From Adineta vaga (Eukaryota > Animalia > Rotifera): DNA of 64,000 nt. Positions 34,345 to 48,869 of this stretch are shown one piece after another. The stretch is taken from contig CP075493.1 of the NCBI GenBank assembly GCA_021613535.1, positions 9,858,001 to 9,922,000 of the forward strand, written 5' to 3'. Below the pieces are notes generated by a model. It made no database searches. It was not told the origin of the DNA and saw only the letters and a program-made list of their open reading frames with translations. Positions within the stretch are counted from its first letter, which is position 1. Every line of letters begins with the position of its first letter. Made by a program: the position numbers and the translations under genes.

Positions 34345-36641
34345 TTAATATTTCGATCTAAACGTTGGTGGTGTCGATGTCTACAAGAATTAAGAGAAAA
34401 AAAGAAGCAAGCGTCATTATAGTTTTCAATGTCAATTAACCAAAAAATGAAAATTATACTTTGTTTAGTACTTCAATCTTAAGTTTTTCTGCTAAACGTC
34501 GTCCTAAATCATCATCAACGTTGGCAAATACAGCAACTGAACGACGAACAATATCTTGATCAGTACATTGTTGTAAGTGTTCAGCAATATTATCAATCAT
34601 ATGAGAACGACCACGATCATCCAAAACGTTCTAAAATAAAAGATGTTTTTCAGAATTAAAAACATAAAAGAGCATTGTTTAATTCGTACTCGATAAAATA
34701 CGCGTGGTTGAGAATAGTTATCATCATCACTTGCTTCATGTCGAGCTGCCATACCTGATTCAAATGTGGCATGTTCAAGATGTCTATTACGATCAGTTAC
34801 GTCGGGACCATTGAATGTATTGCGATAATAATTTGGTGCACCACCTGAATGACAAAAAGGAGAGAGAAATAATGAGTGTTTTGTGTCCTCTTTGAAAAAA
34901 GTTTCTCCGGATTACCATGATTATGACCTGCTTGCATAGCACCATCTCGTTGATAGGTACACACCTTGACATTCTTGTTTGTTTCAGGATTATTCACTGG
35001 AATAAGATGATGGTTAGTTCCAACACGATGGAGATGCGTGTCAGCGTACGAAAATAATCGACCCTGAAAATGAATGAAAGAAAAGAATTATTTATGAACA
35101 TCATGAATAAAAGCTTTGAAAAGATTTGTTATGCTTTACTTGTAACATTTTATCAGGCGATGCTTCGATGCCTGGAGGCATATGCGCCGGTGAAAAAGCT
35201 GCTTGTTCAATTTGTGCAAAATAGTTCTCTGCATTTTCATTCAAAGTAATTTTTCCCACACGACGTAATGGAAATTGTTTTTGAGAAAACACTTTAGTTA
35301 AATCAAATGGATTGAATGGAAGATTTTTTGCTTGTTCTTGTGTAACAACCTGAAATACATATTTGAAATTTCATTTTCGAATGAAAATTGTTTTATACTT
35401 GAACATAAACTGTCCAACTTGGATATTCTTTTTTTGCAATAGCATTGTAAAGATCAGCTAGAGCATAATCGGGTTGTTCTCCAGCTAAGATTTTTGCTTT
35501 TGTTGGATCGAGATTTTTAATACCTTGATCAGTCTAGATAGTAAATTGATTGTTATGGAATTGAATAAAAAAGAACAAGAAAAGATCTTACTCGAAAATG
35601 AAATTTAACCCAAAAGAATTCATTTTTATCATTGACCATTTTAAATGTATGCGAACCATAGCCATGCATATGACGAAAACCATCTGGCACACCACGATCC
35701 GAATACAAGAACATAAACTAGAAACAAATCATTCGTTCCCATATAGTGGAATATCTCAGATCTTACTTGATGAGTCGCCATTGGATGTTTAGAGAAAAAG
35801 TCCCAAACCATATTTGGATCTTTTAAATGTGTTTGTGGATTTCGTTTTTGAGAATGAATAAACATTTGAAACTATATTGAAAAATATATTCATTGGATTT
35901 TTTACTTTCAACAATCAAGTAGTATAGTACATACTAAGAATGGATCACGAAGAAAAAATATTGGTGTATTGTTGCCAACTAAATCCCAAATACCTATAAA
36001 ATATAACCATAGAATATATAATCGAGGATTTTTTAGGTGAACTTTGTATTACCTTCATCAGTATACATTTTAATAGCAAAGCCACGTGGATCACGTACAG
36101 TATCGGCGGAACCACTTTCACCAGCTAAAATGAAACAATGAGATTATTATTGTACATGATAAATAAATTTTGAACGTACCAACAGTAGAAAAGCGCATCA
36201 AAACTCGTGTTTTTGATCCTTTTTTGAAGACTTGGGCCTTGCAAATATCCGATAGATCATCAGTTGCTTCAAAAACTCCAAAAGCACCGCCACTAGAAAA
36301 TCAAACATTCAACGGATCTACTTTATTCATATGAAATAAATCATACCCTTTGGCATGAACAACCCGTTCAGGTATTCGTTCACGATCAAATCGTTGAACA
36401 TCCTCGATGTACGGAAAATCAGACAGTAACAATGGTCCTCGTGGACCAACTGTCATTACAGTCGATCGATCACCCAATGGACGACCATAACCTGTTGTCA
36501 GTTGCTCTGATTTCTACATAAAAACACTATTAATAAATAGACTAAATTCAAATTGTTTCATACATGTGATTTCTTGAAATCAGCCAATTGGTTATCGGAT
36601 GGACCGGGTTCTTTTAAATCAGGTTGTTTTGTATTTGCCAT
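34345..36641 (-). CDS. CAT: Monofunctional heme catalase
   Basis: [15 protein letters not shown] (distal His), [48 protein letters not shown] (proximal Tyr). All exons join in frame; the protein ends ...FRSKY*. Confidence 0.97.
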
Positions 36642-37199
36642 TATGCAACAAAAATCTAAAATGTTTGAAGCACTAATGTCAACGAAAATGTAAGATAGGC
36701 AAATATGCATGCCCAAGCACACCTCTATCGCTTCTATCGAATAACGATAGTGTTATCGCTCTCTTTCTCTGTTTCTCTCTTCAGTATAGATGGATTAATA
36801 TATCTTTCTATTACCATCCAACTGATGATTAGGTGTGAAAGAATGAATGCATTCTTTGATAGACATGAATATCGAATTATATACGAATGGAACGATGTGA
36901 ACCTACTCTTTTAATAGAAAACAAAAGAAAAATCAATGTACTACGCGAACATAGACGTCGAACGTTTAAAAATCTACTTGAGAAAGACGAGAAAGATATG
37001 TAGATATCAGTTATCTTGTTATCTATTGCTGTGTTTTTTTCTTTTTCGTTTTATCAACTATTCACTTTCTCCTTTCGAATTCAGCAGTCAAAAATTTTGA
37101 CAAAAGAGGACGCCCAAAACCAGTGAAGTAACTACGTAGATTATACTACTACAGTTGTTTCTTATGTTTTTTTATTGCAACAAGAAAAAAAAGTAAATA

Positions 37200-39271
37200 T
37201 TAGCATGAAGCAAATCGTACAGCAGCACCAGATTCGATCGTTTCACGTGAACAGAATGCACGACTAGAAGAAAAGAAATGCACATTATTATTCTACGAGA
37301 AATTTTATCTCTATAATCTACCTTTGTTGTTGATCTGCATTGAGTACAACCGCTTTGGTAAATGTCCATGATGAAGAATACCATGATGATGATATCCAAT
37401 TGCCTGTTTTCTTAAAATCAATATTGACTTCTGTGACTTCACCAATATCAGTTGTTAATGGAATGAAGCGTGTTTCAGTAGAACCACGTTTGAATGTAGT
37501 TGTATCACTAAATAAAAAATGTTGTATTAAACTAAATCGAATAAGAGTATCAGCTTACTCATCAAAAACAACAGTGACTGTTTGAAGAGTACCAACAAGT
37601 GTTACAGAAACTTTACCACGTGTTTGAGCATATTCTGATCCTGATTGTAATGTTACTTGATAATGATATACTTAAAGAAGAAATAATGAAAAAGCATAAT
37701 TGAAATTTTCAGAGTAGAAAATAGATGTTTTATTTACTGCAATATGGAAAAGCGTTGGCATCTTGAGTTTTCAAATAGAGATCACCTTTACCCTCCTGTG
37801 AAGATGTCCAGTAACCCATACGATTACATTGACGTTCACCTCCATCGCATTCAAGTGAACATTTACCGGCATCAAAATCATCAAAATTAGAGCATGAATA
37901 TGCAACATAAGGACATTGATTACGAATAGTATCCGTAAAGAAGTAAACAGCAGCCAAATGACTACAAAGTGATGTTTCCATAAAGCCTACTCATTACAAA
38001 AGATAAATAGAATTAAAATTATCTCAAATTAGATTACCTTCAACATTCATTTGACCAAGTTGCCAAATAAGATGCATCAATTTACCCGAAGTCTTAGGAC
38101 ATTTAGGTTGATCAAAACCACCATTAGGAAAGAAATCAGCATGACCCATACGTTGAAGGCTACCTGTAGAAGTAAACGAAATTATTGTTAAAATAAGACT
38201 AATTTCAAGAAACGCAAATAGAATTTTACCAAGTCCGAGAAGAAGATTATGAGTACCATCAGTATGAATAACATCAACGAATTTAGCATCAGTAGGATCA
38301 AGACGAACTTTTGGATCTGTATTTTCAAAATAAGGACCAGCAGGATCCAAACCTTTTGAACAAAAAAAACATGATTTCATATTTGATTTATTATCTTTTC
38401 GATAGTATTACCAGTAATACGTCCTAAACCTAGAACTCTTTCTCCAACGTATCCAGCAGTTTGTCCACCAAGTGAATGACCAATAACGTGGAAATCATCA
38501 ACTTTAGCACCATGTTCATCAATTAAATATTTAATAAATAAAGCAACTTCTGCACCAACAACTTGAGTATTTGATGCTGCTCTTTCATAGGGAAATCCAT
38601 TACCCTTAGACCAATCAGTCATAATAACGTTAACATCATCCTAAATATTAACGAGATTAATCGCTGATTTTAACATGAATTCATTTTTGTCGTCATGCAA
38701 TACTTACAACGTCAAGCATAGCGTTTTTCATATCAATCCACCACGGTTTATTTGTACTATCTAAGAAACCATGGATGAAAAATTTCGTTGGTCGTGATGC
38801 TTTCCACGTGCTAAGAGTGGTATAACGGCTAATTTCAACACGACTTTTACGTGCCTCTCGTGTATATAAATAGAATGTAGTTCCAATTACACCAGGCTAT
38901 GAAAACACAGAGAGAGAGAGAGAGCGAGAGAGAAAAATGAATCGAAAGAATACGAAAATAGTTTATACATACACGATCAGGTAACACTGTAAATGGTCGT
39001 TGTAATGTTCCACCTATTTATAAGCAGATCTTCTTCATTTTTGTTCGACAGAAACAATCATGATCACTTACCAAACGGAGCTCCAGTTGTAAAACATCCA
39101 TGTTCTCCGTAGCAAGTATTCGATGCTCGTAGGCTTCGAACTAGATTGAAGTCATTTTCGAATTCATAAGAAATAGTAATAGCATCTAAAGAACTCACCT
39201 GGAATATATTCATCACCTTGAACTGAAATTGTTGCAAGATATAGAACTGTAATAGAAAGGGGGAACAACAT
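37200..39271 (-). CDS. Pancreatic lipase-related secreted lipase with a C-terminal PLAT domain
   Basis: Signal peptide MLFPLSITVLYLATISVQG; CYGEHGCF; FFIHGF; nucleophile elbow GHSLGG; GLDPAGPYF (Asp); VDVIHTD; FFPNGG; CSHLAA (His); beta-rich C-terminal domain ending FASC*. Confidence 0.93.
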
Positions 39272-40760
39272 TGTTGTGGATGTGTCCAAAGACTGACTTG
39301 TTTCTTTATGAAGAGAATCAATTTAAAAACAGAGCTTATAAAAGTATCAATTAACGAGATTAACTAAGGAATTGCAAACACCTGGCGAAAAGTAGGGAGT
39401 GACAGAGGCTCTTCGTACATCTCATTTTTTAATTTTCAAATAGCATTTTAAAAACAATCAGTTCCATATTATTTTCTTATTTTTAACATTTCAAACTGAA
39501 ATGAAAACAGACTAATCCGGTGAATTAAAGAAATATGATACAATCAGATCAATTTTACGTAGGAGAAAATGCCTCGTACTAACCTATCTGTTATCTTCTT
39601 GAAGAAAATTTAATTTCGAAACTATTCCAAAACAAAATATGAACTTACTGAGAACGATTTTAAGGTCATCAGGTTCATGAATAGCAATGTATATGAACCT
39701 ATTGATTTCTGCAGTACATATGACTATTTGATAGAATCTTTCGCAATATTAAGATGTTTAAGAAAGATCTACAAGGATATCTTTTGATTAATACACTCTA
39801 TACTGTTAAAAGACGATTGATATGAAGACAGAAGATACCGAATCATGTACTCAAAGAGAAATCATGCACAATAAACATAGGATTGTGCATACTTATTCTA
39901 AAACATTATACTTTAGTAACATACAAATTGTCATCTTTACTACATTTCATTTGTCATAAACAATTTCAATACAGAATTGCCAGTAGCAGATCATTTTATC
40001 CATGCTTTAACATCAACACGAGAGTATGAGCATCTCGACTTCATTTACATTCATATCCACACACAGTATCTCTGCTAATTTGATCGTTCGAGACAAATGT
40101 ATGTGGATTTCAAGCAGAAACAATGACTTTTTAGGAGTATTTATGCTATTTCCGTTAAATAAATACAAAATGTCAATTTGTCTTTTACTCTGTAACTGTA
40201 ATTTATTTTTTTCCTTTTTCAACGCCTGACAATAGCTAGTAATATTATGCTCATTGAATGACTTTCTTTTCCTTATAATTTAATCGATTACTTTTCTAAA
40301 GACAACCATTGAGAAGAATGAAAATATAATAAGCGAAGATTTTCTGTTCCTTTGAAACTATGGATATGAATCTAGTCCTTGTTTTTATACCTACATCTTT
40401 ATCAATGTCCTCATTCACTTTTCCAAAAAAATATAAAAACGATTCTATAATATCTCTTTCATATGAGATGTTTGTTTTTTTATTGAGTATTTGTCATTAT
40501 TAATAACATAATCCCAATGAAGAAAAAAAAACATTCTTTAATTCAGTTGAGTATGTCAGAGAGAGAGAGTGTGAGAAAAGAAAAAACACAGATTATTGCC
40601 ATTCATTTCACAGTCAAAAAAAAACAGTAAAAATAATACATAAATAAATACTTCATACACATATAAAAACATCGTGTAAGAAACAGGAAGATGAAAAGAG
40701 AGAGAGACAAAAACATAACACCGGTGATCGTTGTTTGTTTTGTTTGTTTTTTTTTTGTAT

Positions 40761-43758
40761 TTAAAAACCGAATCGTTGACGAAAAGCTGAAAATAAAGAT
40801 TGATCTGAATGTTCTTCTTTGCGACGTTGTCGTTCAGTAATTAGATTTTGATAATCACGTTTTTGTATTATATTTGGTGATTGTCGTAATAATAATTCTC
40901 GTTTATATAACCATTGCAATTCTTTTGATCCTGGTGCAAAAGCAGTTGATTCATGTCGTTTTTGTATATTATCATTATTATTATCATTCGATCTATATGA
41001 ACCAAAGAGACGTAATCCGAAATAATTTAATTCTCCAGCATTATTCTTCAATGCTGATTTTTGTGCATCACGACTTTGTGGTGTACGAGTGTCAATTCTT
41101 AGTGTCCAACGACCAATAGGAGATTCGCCCCATTTATGTACAGACATAAATGGAAAATGCTTGATACCTAAATGAAAAATAGAGGCATAGCTTATAATTA
41201 TATCAATAGATTCTTTTCATTCAATAGTATTGAAAACAAAGTCAATACCTTTTTCTGAAGCATCATTATCACGATAGGAAATCATTTCTGAAGGTGTACC
41301 ACTTGGTGATATTAATGTAATTTTGATATCACCACGACGATGAAAAGTAAATGATATATTTGCTGTAACATGTTCAAGATATGTGACATTTTCACATTTA
41401 TCAACATCAATAGTTAATTCAACAGTAGAACCAATAGCTAATGGACTATAGAATAGACAAAACACAAATCAATTTCGAGAAATAAACATTTCTTTTCTAA
41501 TTTTCGAATACTTACACGCTCGAACCATTATATTCATGATAACATTCATATCTTGGATTGACATTTGTCCAATTTTGTGCTAAAGCTGTCATTTGTCCAA
41601 TATCAAGAACACCAAAACCAAATTTATCACTAACATGAAAACCTGCTCCATTGATCATCCAATCATCTACTTCAGATAAATTTGGTATCCGAGCTGTTTC
41701 TGCAATAATATGCATAACATCACGATAAGTCAATTCTGGATTTGCTTCTAGCACAAGTGCTAAACCACCGGCAGCTACTGGTGCTGCACCGGATGTACCA
41801 AAAAATTTTGTGGTACATTTCCCACCTACATCAGCAGCGACCACACCAACTGGCATAAATGGTTCAAGTGATGATTTTCCATGACGTCCACCCGTATATG
41901 CTACTGCCATTGTTGATGGGCAAAATTCTCCGAAATATGTTGTTTTACCGAGATGATTAATTGAACCAATTGATATAACATTGTGATGTGATACATATCC
42001 ATCCGCCCCACAATCATCGCCAGCTGCTCCACCATTACCAGAAGCCCAAACAAATAGTACACCTTTACCATGACGGCCCTAAGATGATTTCAAACGATAT
42101 TTTACCTATTGCTCTCAGAGAACAAATGAAAATAGTTACATGTGTAACACCATAATCGAGAGCAGCGTTTACAAGTTTACCGGGTGCTTCCATTTTCGTT
42201 CCATCGTCAGTTGGTCTACAAAAAAGCAAAAACCAAAATTACAATTATTTTCCTTCTTGGACATAACTTTTAAAATCTTCTTACCCCCATGAAGCACTTT
42301 TGATAGATGTATTAACAGCAAATAATGTTAATGCACGTGCTTCAAGTAATGTTGTAATACGTCCATCAAGAACACGAATTCCTAATCAAGCAAAATTAGA
42401 ATCGTAAAATTCATTACTAAGATACATGTGTGTGTGTTCCTTCAAACTTACCAGCAATATTTGAATTATAAGCAACACCAACTCCACATATGCCATTATT
42501 TGCTTTACCAGATGATGCTCCAGCACAGCGAGTACCATGACTGAAAAATATATACAATTGTTCTGATTCATTGAAACTAATATGCAGGAAAAAGTGAGAA
42601 AGAAAGAAGCATGCATTGTTATTTATATATATATGTATGTAAACACACGCATCGTGCTTGTTAGTATAAATTTAAATATGGTATTAGTAATGCTTCTAGC
42701 AGATTTTGGCATTCTCATCTTACTTATTGGCAGAATCATAAGTTCTTGGACTTGGATCATGTTCTGTATCATTCAGATCATTTAAATCATAACTGAACTG
42801 AGCTAACTATACGCATAAAACAATAAATATTTTATCCTCTCATTTAACGAAAAGATGATAGCAATACAAGATTTTATCTTCTTTCATCACAAGAAAAGGT
42901 TGCTTGTAAATACTTACATATCGATCAGTTAATTCTGGATGCTTATGATCAAGACCATCGTCAATAATAGAGATTAAAACATCTTTACCAGAATAACCAG
43001 CTGACCAAGCTGGAATAACGTTAATATCATGATTAGCTGGAGTTCTCAATTGACCTTCATTCTCCTTTGAAAGAAAAACAAAGAAGAAGTAGATTAACAA
43101 TTGATCATTGTAATCAATAATCAATGATAAACTTACTAGATACCATTGTTTTTTATAGTAAATATCATCGAAAGACATTTTGAATGAAAAATTATTATAC
43201 ATATTCGAGTCAATATCTTCAGAAAATTGTTCTTTTTTCCAGTGACGATATTCTCTATATAATGCTTTAAGTTCATCATCTTCGACAAAGTCGCGTTTCT
43301 TTCTTTCTAATGTTTCACCAACGACGACAGAGGCAATCTAAAATCATACACAAATGTTATTTTTCTTTGAAATAGATGACTTTTCATTCAGATATTTCTT
43401 ACTCGTTCGTCATGTTCCAGCTCGTCAATAATTTCACTGATTGCACGTTTCGATCTTCGATTACATTTTCGTTTAACACGAAAATGATATAAACCAATAC
43501 CAGAAATCTATGACGACATAAATATTTCTTACATTTATCAAAATATATTTCGTTTCTATTCCTTACATGTCCAGCATTGAAGAGATCTTTTTCTTCAGCA
43601 ATAAGATCTGCTATAAGAATATCTCGAGGATTTCCATTTAATTCTATACCAATATCAAGAAATTCTTCTTCATCATTGTCGTCACCACATGCATTAATAT
43701 TCCAAACACATAATATTAAAATTAAAAAAACATTCATTCTAAACAAATTCATATACAT
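40761..43758 (-). CDS. Proprotein convertase (kexin/furin family S8B), soluble type
   Basis: Signal peptide; prodomain sites RSKR and RKKR; triad IIDDG (Asp), NHGTRCAG (His), GTSGAAP (Ser); oxyanion ASGNGG; P domain with RRGD and MSVHKWGE. No Cys-rich or transmembrane region. Confidence 0.93.
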
Positions 43759-43792
43759 CTAGAAAAAAAACAACAACAACAATAAACATCAA
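43759..43792 (-). promoter_or_regulatory. U-rich tract and 3' splice acceptor directly before the convertase ATG
   Basis: Minus strand reads TAA TTGATGTTTATTGTTGTTGTTGTTTTTTTTCTAG ATG. Confidence 0.6.
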
Positions 43793-46658
43793 TTATGTTG
43801 ATAATTTTGATGTATTCTTTTTCCATAATTGTTTTAAATATGTACATTTTTTTTCAACTATATCTTCAGGTTCTTTACTTGCTGGTCTCATCCATAATAA
43901 TGGATTATCTAATTGCATCAGTCCTCCTAAAATTTCACGGCCAAAATATAATGGAAATTGTCCACGTTCTTCAATCATATGTGCATAACCATACACACTA
44001 TCGGTTTTACTTTTATCGACAGGAAATTCCACACAGAAATAAGGTAAACCTTTGGGTAAAACATTTTTCAATGTACGTGAACGAGGATGAGTTAATTCAA
44101 TAACTTTCTTATTTGTTGACCACATCGATTCACTTTCAAGTAAAGCTTTACGAAAATACATTGGAACTAAATTAGCTTGATCAATTGGAACTGGAATACA
44201 TTCAATATACATATGTGGTAATAGACGAGGATTTTTAAATGTTTCAATAAAGATTGGCAATTGATTATAATATTCACGAAATAAATCGGTTAATTGTTGT
44301 TTTAATGTATCCAGTTCATCCAGTACATCATCGTCTAAAATATATCAAAACATTGATTTTATCAAGATTTTTACCCTTTTATTGAAATATCCTCTTCTTG
44401 TATGACACATTGATATTGCAAGAGAACTACTTATACAATGACTGTTACTGTTACTGTCATCATCTTCAATCTATCATTTCTATCTGAGAAGCGTAGGAGA
44501 AGTTATCATGCACTGTGCATAGATAAAAGATCTTTGTATGACAAAGATAATTAGAGAGAAAACACTTCATGTTGAATGTATACTCTTTAATAGCACTATT
44601 CACATCGCTTACCCAGCAGTTATAGCAAATAAGATGAATCATTTATTTTTCTTCTATTATATCGAGAAAATGTAAATACTTCATAACCTTTATACTTTTC
44701 ATTCGTATCTGAAATATGTCTTGATAAATATGAAACCTTTCGACAACTTAATACTTAGTTATCTGCATTACACGTGAATAGTTGTATGCATATGCGATTT
44801 TCGATAAGAAATCAAAAAGAAAAAGAATTGACTGAAGAACGTATGTATATATATATATATACATGTATCTCGATATGTAGTCATCGTATTTGTTTAGAAT
44901 AACAAAAAACTTACCTAGATGAAATCGACTAGAAGAATGTTGTATAGGCACGATAAAACAATGTCCGTCAACGAGTGATTGCTGTGGTGGTGCACATAAA
45001 AACCATTGATCCATTAGACCAAAGATGAATGATTTCGAAAGATTTTCAATACATAACCAACATTGTTCAAATGTTTGTTGTCGTTTCTTCTGCTCTGCTA
45101 AAGCTTGAATGCGTGACCAACCAGTTAAATGACGTGTTGATGCGAGGATATGTCGATCAGCGGAAATATTTGGATTATTTCGATTACTTGGTAATACTGG
45201 CATTGTATTCGTTGTGGAATGTCTTTCCATTTCGACTAGATCATTTAATGATAAACCTTCACGTTCAGGATCTTTATCATCGTGACGCATTTTTTTAATT
45301 TCTCTCTTCATTTTTCTACGATCACGTCTATCGACATGACCAAATTGACGTTGATTTTTCGGTTCATGAGCATTATGAACTGGTTTTTCAACACCATAAC
45401 GATCAATTGTTGTCATGACAAGAACTTTTGGATCATTGGATCGCGATTGCTGTTGTTGGTCTGCACCGGAATCATGCTGTGGGTTACCTCGTAATTGATC
45501 GATATTTTTAATTTCATTACGAAGTAATTCAATCATTTCCTACAAAATTAATAGTGAAGTTTTCCTTTTCATGTTTCACAAGATTAGTCAAAACTTACAT
45601 CATCATCGGCAAGTTCAGCACGAATAAGTTGTTTTCGTAATTCTAAAAGATTCTCTTCAGACATTAGATCATTTTCTTCGGGTTTCTCAGCCTTTGGTTC
45701 TTCTATTTCTTTTTCTTCAACATCTTCACTCCGTGCTTGTTTTTTCGATGTTGATGGTTCTTCATCCTCTGTTGCTCTTTTCCATGATTTTTTCTCATGA
45801 TGCTGCTGATGGTGGTGATGATGACGATGATGATGATTTCGATCGTCTTTTCTCTCATTAGGATGAAGAAATTTCTTCTTATTTGATGAATGCTGATGAT
45901 GATGGCGATGTTGATGATGATCATCATCAAGATCTTCAGCGTCATTTATCAATGACATTAGCTTTTCCATCGACTAAATAGAAGAATTCAAAGAATAGAG
46001 AAAAGAAAATTGAATGAAAATACTTTACTCCATATCTTTGAGAAACAATTTCATTTAATGAACGATTTTCTTCTTTTGCTTGTTGTTTACAACGTTCGAA
46101 CGCTCGTCGGTGCCATTCAAGACCAGCATCACCAACTTTTGTTCGTTTTGAATTATCAGTTTCATTTGGTTGACGACGTAACGTTGGATTCAATTCACGT
46201 TCATTCATAATTGCTTCCATTTCAGCTTTTGATTCAGTTTTTTTAATTGCTTGTTTATTTTCTCGTCGATAACTTCCAATAGAATCGAAATCAAATGGTT
46301 CAAGAGCAAACGTCACTGGTGCACTTTTTTCTTTTTCCTATTCAAACGAAATAGAACATAAAGAATTTTTCGAATTGTTTCTATTTACTATTTGTTCTAA
46401 ATCAGCTTGTGTTGGCATGGTTGGACCTTTAACAACAGCTGTCGAAGGTGGATCATCACTTGGATTACTATGAACGACTTCTTTCCATTGATCTGCATTC
46501 TTTAATAAAAATTAACGATTTATGTTTCAAAAACAAAGAGAAAGAAAATGTTTTCGATTAACCTTATTCGAACTTGACGATGATGATGATGATGACGATG
46601 AATGATGACGATGATGTTTTTTATGTTTATGTCCACTTTTCTTTGACGATTTGCCCAT
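43793..46658 (-). CDS. CWF19L2: CWF19-like protein 2 (CwfJ family, spliceosome-associated)
   Basis: Basic/His-rich N-terminus; ERELNP and VGDAGLEW motifs; CwfJ domains CWLC, SLVDGHCFIVPIQH, HMYIECIPVP, PMYFRKALLESE, LPKGLPYF, GYAHMIE, FGREILGGLM. Confidence 0.92.
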
Positions 46659-48869
46659 ATTTTGACAAGTACCAACGATTCAACGTGTTACTAATACGAA
46701 GAGAAGGTCTTTCTGAAGAGAAAAAAAATCTATTCATGTCAAACAACATTCATGTACAGACGATTAGATATTCGAAAGAAGAGAAATTATAGCGTCAGAG
46801 AAAATTGTGTGGGTGTAAATGACGATAGTATGAAAGAAACAGAAGAACTGCGAGAGAAAAAAAGTAACGAGCTGTTAGTAATCATGTACAGAAGAAGGAG
46901 AAAAAGAAAACTCGCTTGTATGGCGTAAGTTCTTGGTATACATGATGAAAATAAAAAAATAATAAGTATTTATAAATAGGTCAATGCAGACAACTATCCA
47001 ATAGAGAAGAAATTGAATACGATGACATCTATATAGATGGATATAACGAAACAATAAGATATTCGAATGCACAGATCTGTTTGTATACATATAGCTAAAT
47101 GAGTCGTTGGACATGACATTTTCCCGTTTTAAGTTTTTTCCCATGCTATTAACAGAATTATTTTTGCCTTTTCAAATCAAATGCCGACATGAAGATATTA
47201 TTCTGTGAGAAAGAAAAGAAGCGAACTGTCAATACGCTCATAAATCTTAATCTTGAACGAAATATGAAACTGAAAGGTTCGATGAAAGATGATCAAATCT
47301 TTCGACATTATCCAAACAATCTATACTATGGTTAATAATGAAAATCAGTTGTAAATTTCTGACAATTGTATATAAATATGATGCAAATATTATTCATCAA
47401 TGAGAACGAACGAAAGAGCATAAATTCGTTTGCAAGAATATCAAATATATTTTGCAATAGCTATTAATTGACAGAAAGAATGTGACACGGACAGTATGCA
47501 ATATGATTCGATCGAAAATCTTCTATGATTTGAAACTATTTGTTTAGCTTTTACGATCAGTATCAATTTGTTACTCAATTACAAATAAAAAATCAGTAAC
47601 ATTGTATTCTGCTCACTTCATTCTCGATGAATTCTTGAGATTATCGTTTTATTAGTTGTTATGTATCTATATGTAATCACTTTCAATCGAACCTATATTC
47701 ACTATTGTATGGTATACTCTACACATGATTATTCATGAATTGATATCAAGGCTTCGAATACTTCTGTATACTTATTTGAGACTTATATCATTTTATTAAG
47801 TCTTTTTATTCTTTTATTCTATGAAATATACATACTTGATCCATCGACGACACTACAAAACAGAAATCATCAGATCACCACAGACACGCTTTTTATAAAA
47901 TCAAAACTCGAACAATTATATTTATTCAGAAGATGAAGAAAATGATGATATGAGCACTGAAGAGCTTCGCACATTGTGTTTTCTTTATTAACATTTTGTT
48001 CACATCACTTTTCAAATTAATGTTTACTTATGATCATCGCTCGATATTATAATATGAAATATGTACCCCCTGTCTCCACGTGTGTGTGTGTGTTCGTCAT
48101 TCATTCGTCTAACTTACTGATTTGTTCAATTCTATATGTACGAAAAGAAAGAATTTAAGCACAAATCAAAAGTAGACAGAGCTTCAGGGCATAAGAAAAA
48201 AAATGGTTACACCCATTTAGGTCATTCTCATTAATTTTCTAACGATTTAAGATAATGACTGTAATCACTATAAAATAGTTTGAAAATAATATGAGAAAAA
48301 GTGCTGGTTATAGCTGAAAAATAAGTTTATTTTCTACATCATATTGATTATTGGCGACATCTATCTATCATTACATCGAACTAGAAATAATACATTACAA
48401 TTAATAAATAGAACTTTTGAAAATAAAATAGACATTAAAAAAAATAAATGTAGAAAAAACAAATTATTAATTTAAGATAGGTCAACTAGTTTGAACATGT
48501 CTAGGGTTTGTTCTGTTCTCTTTTTTTTCTTTCTTTCTCTCTGATTGATTTTGTTTATTTTCTTTGTCATCATTAAATTTCATTCCTTTTGCTATCCGTT
48601 CCTTCGTCATCAACATGATCCTATCACACTGTCAATCATCTTTCGAATTGTTTGTTGTCTTCGAAAGATAGAGAAATAGTTCTATCAGAAACAAATAGAT
48701 TCATCAAGTGTAGAACTATTTATCGTTCACATTCTACATTGATGATATGCATGCACGTATCTCCCTTAGGATCTCTGTCATTTATCGTCTTCTTTTCTGT
48801 TTACATTATTTAATGATTGCTTGAAGGTTGCGTTTACGAATTTTAGATGGAACTTATATGATTATCAAC

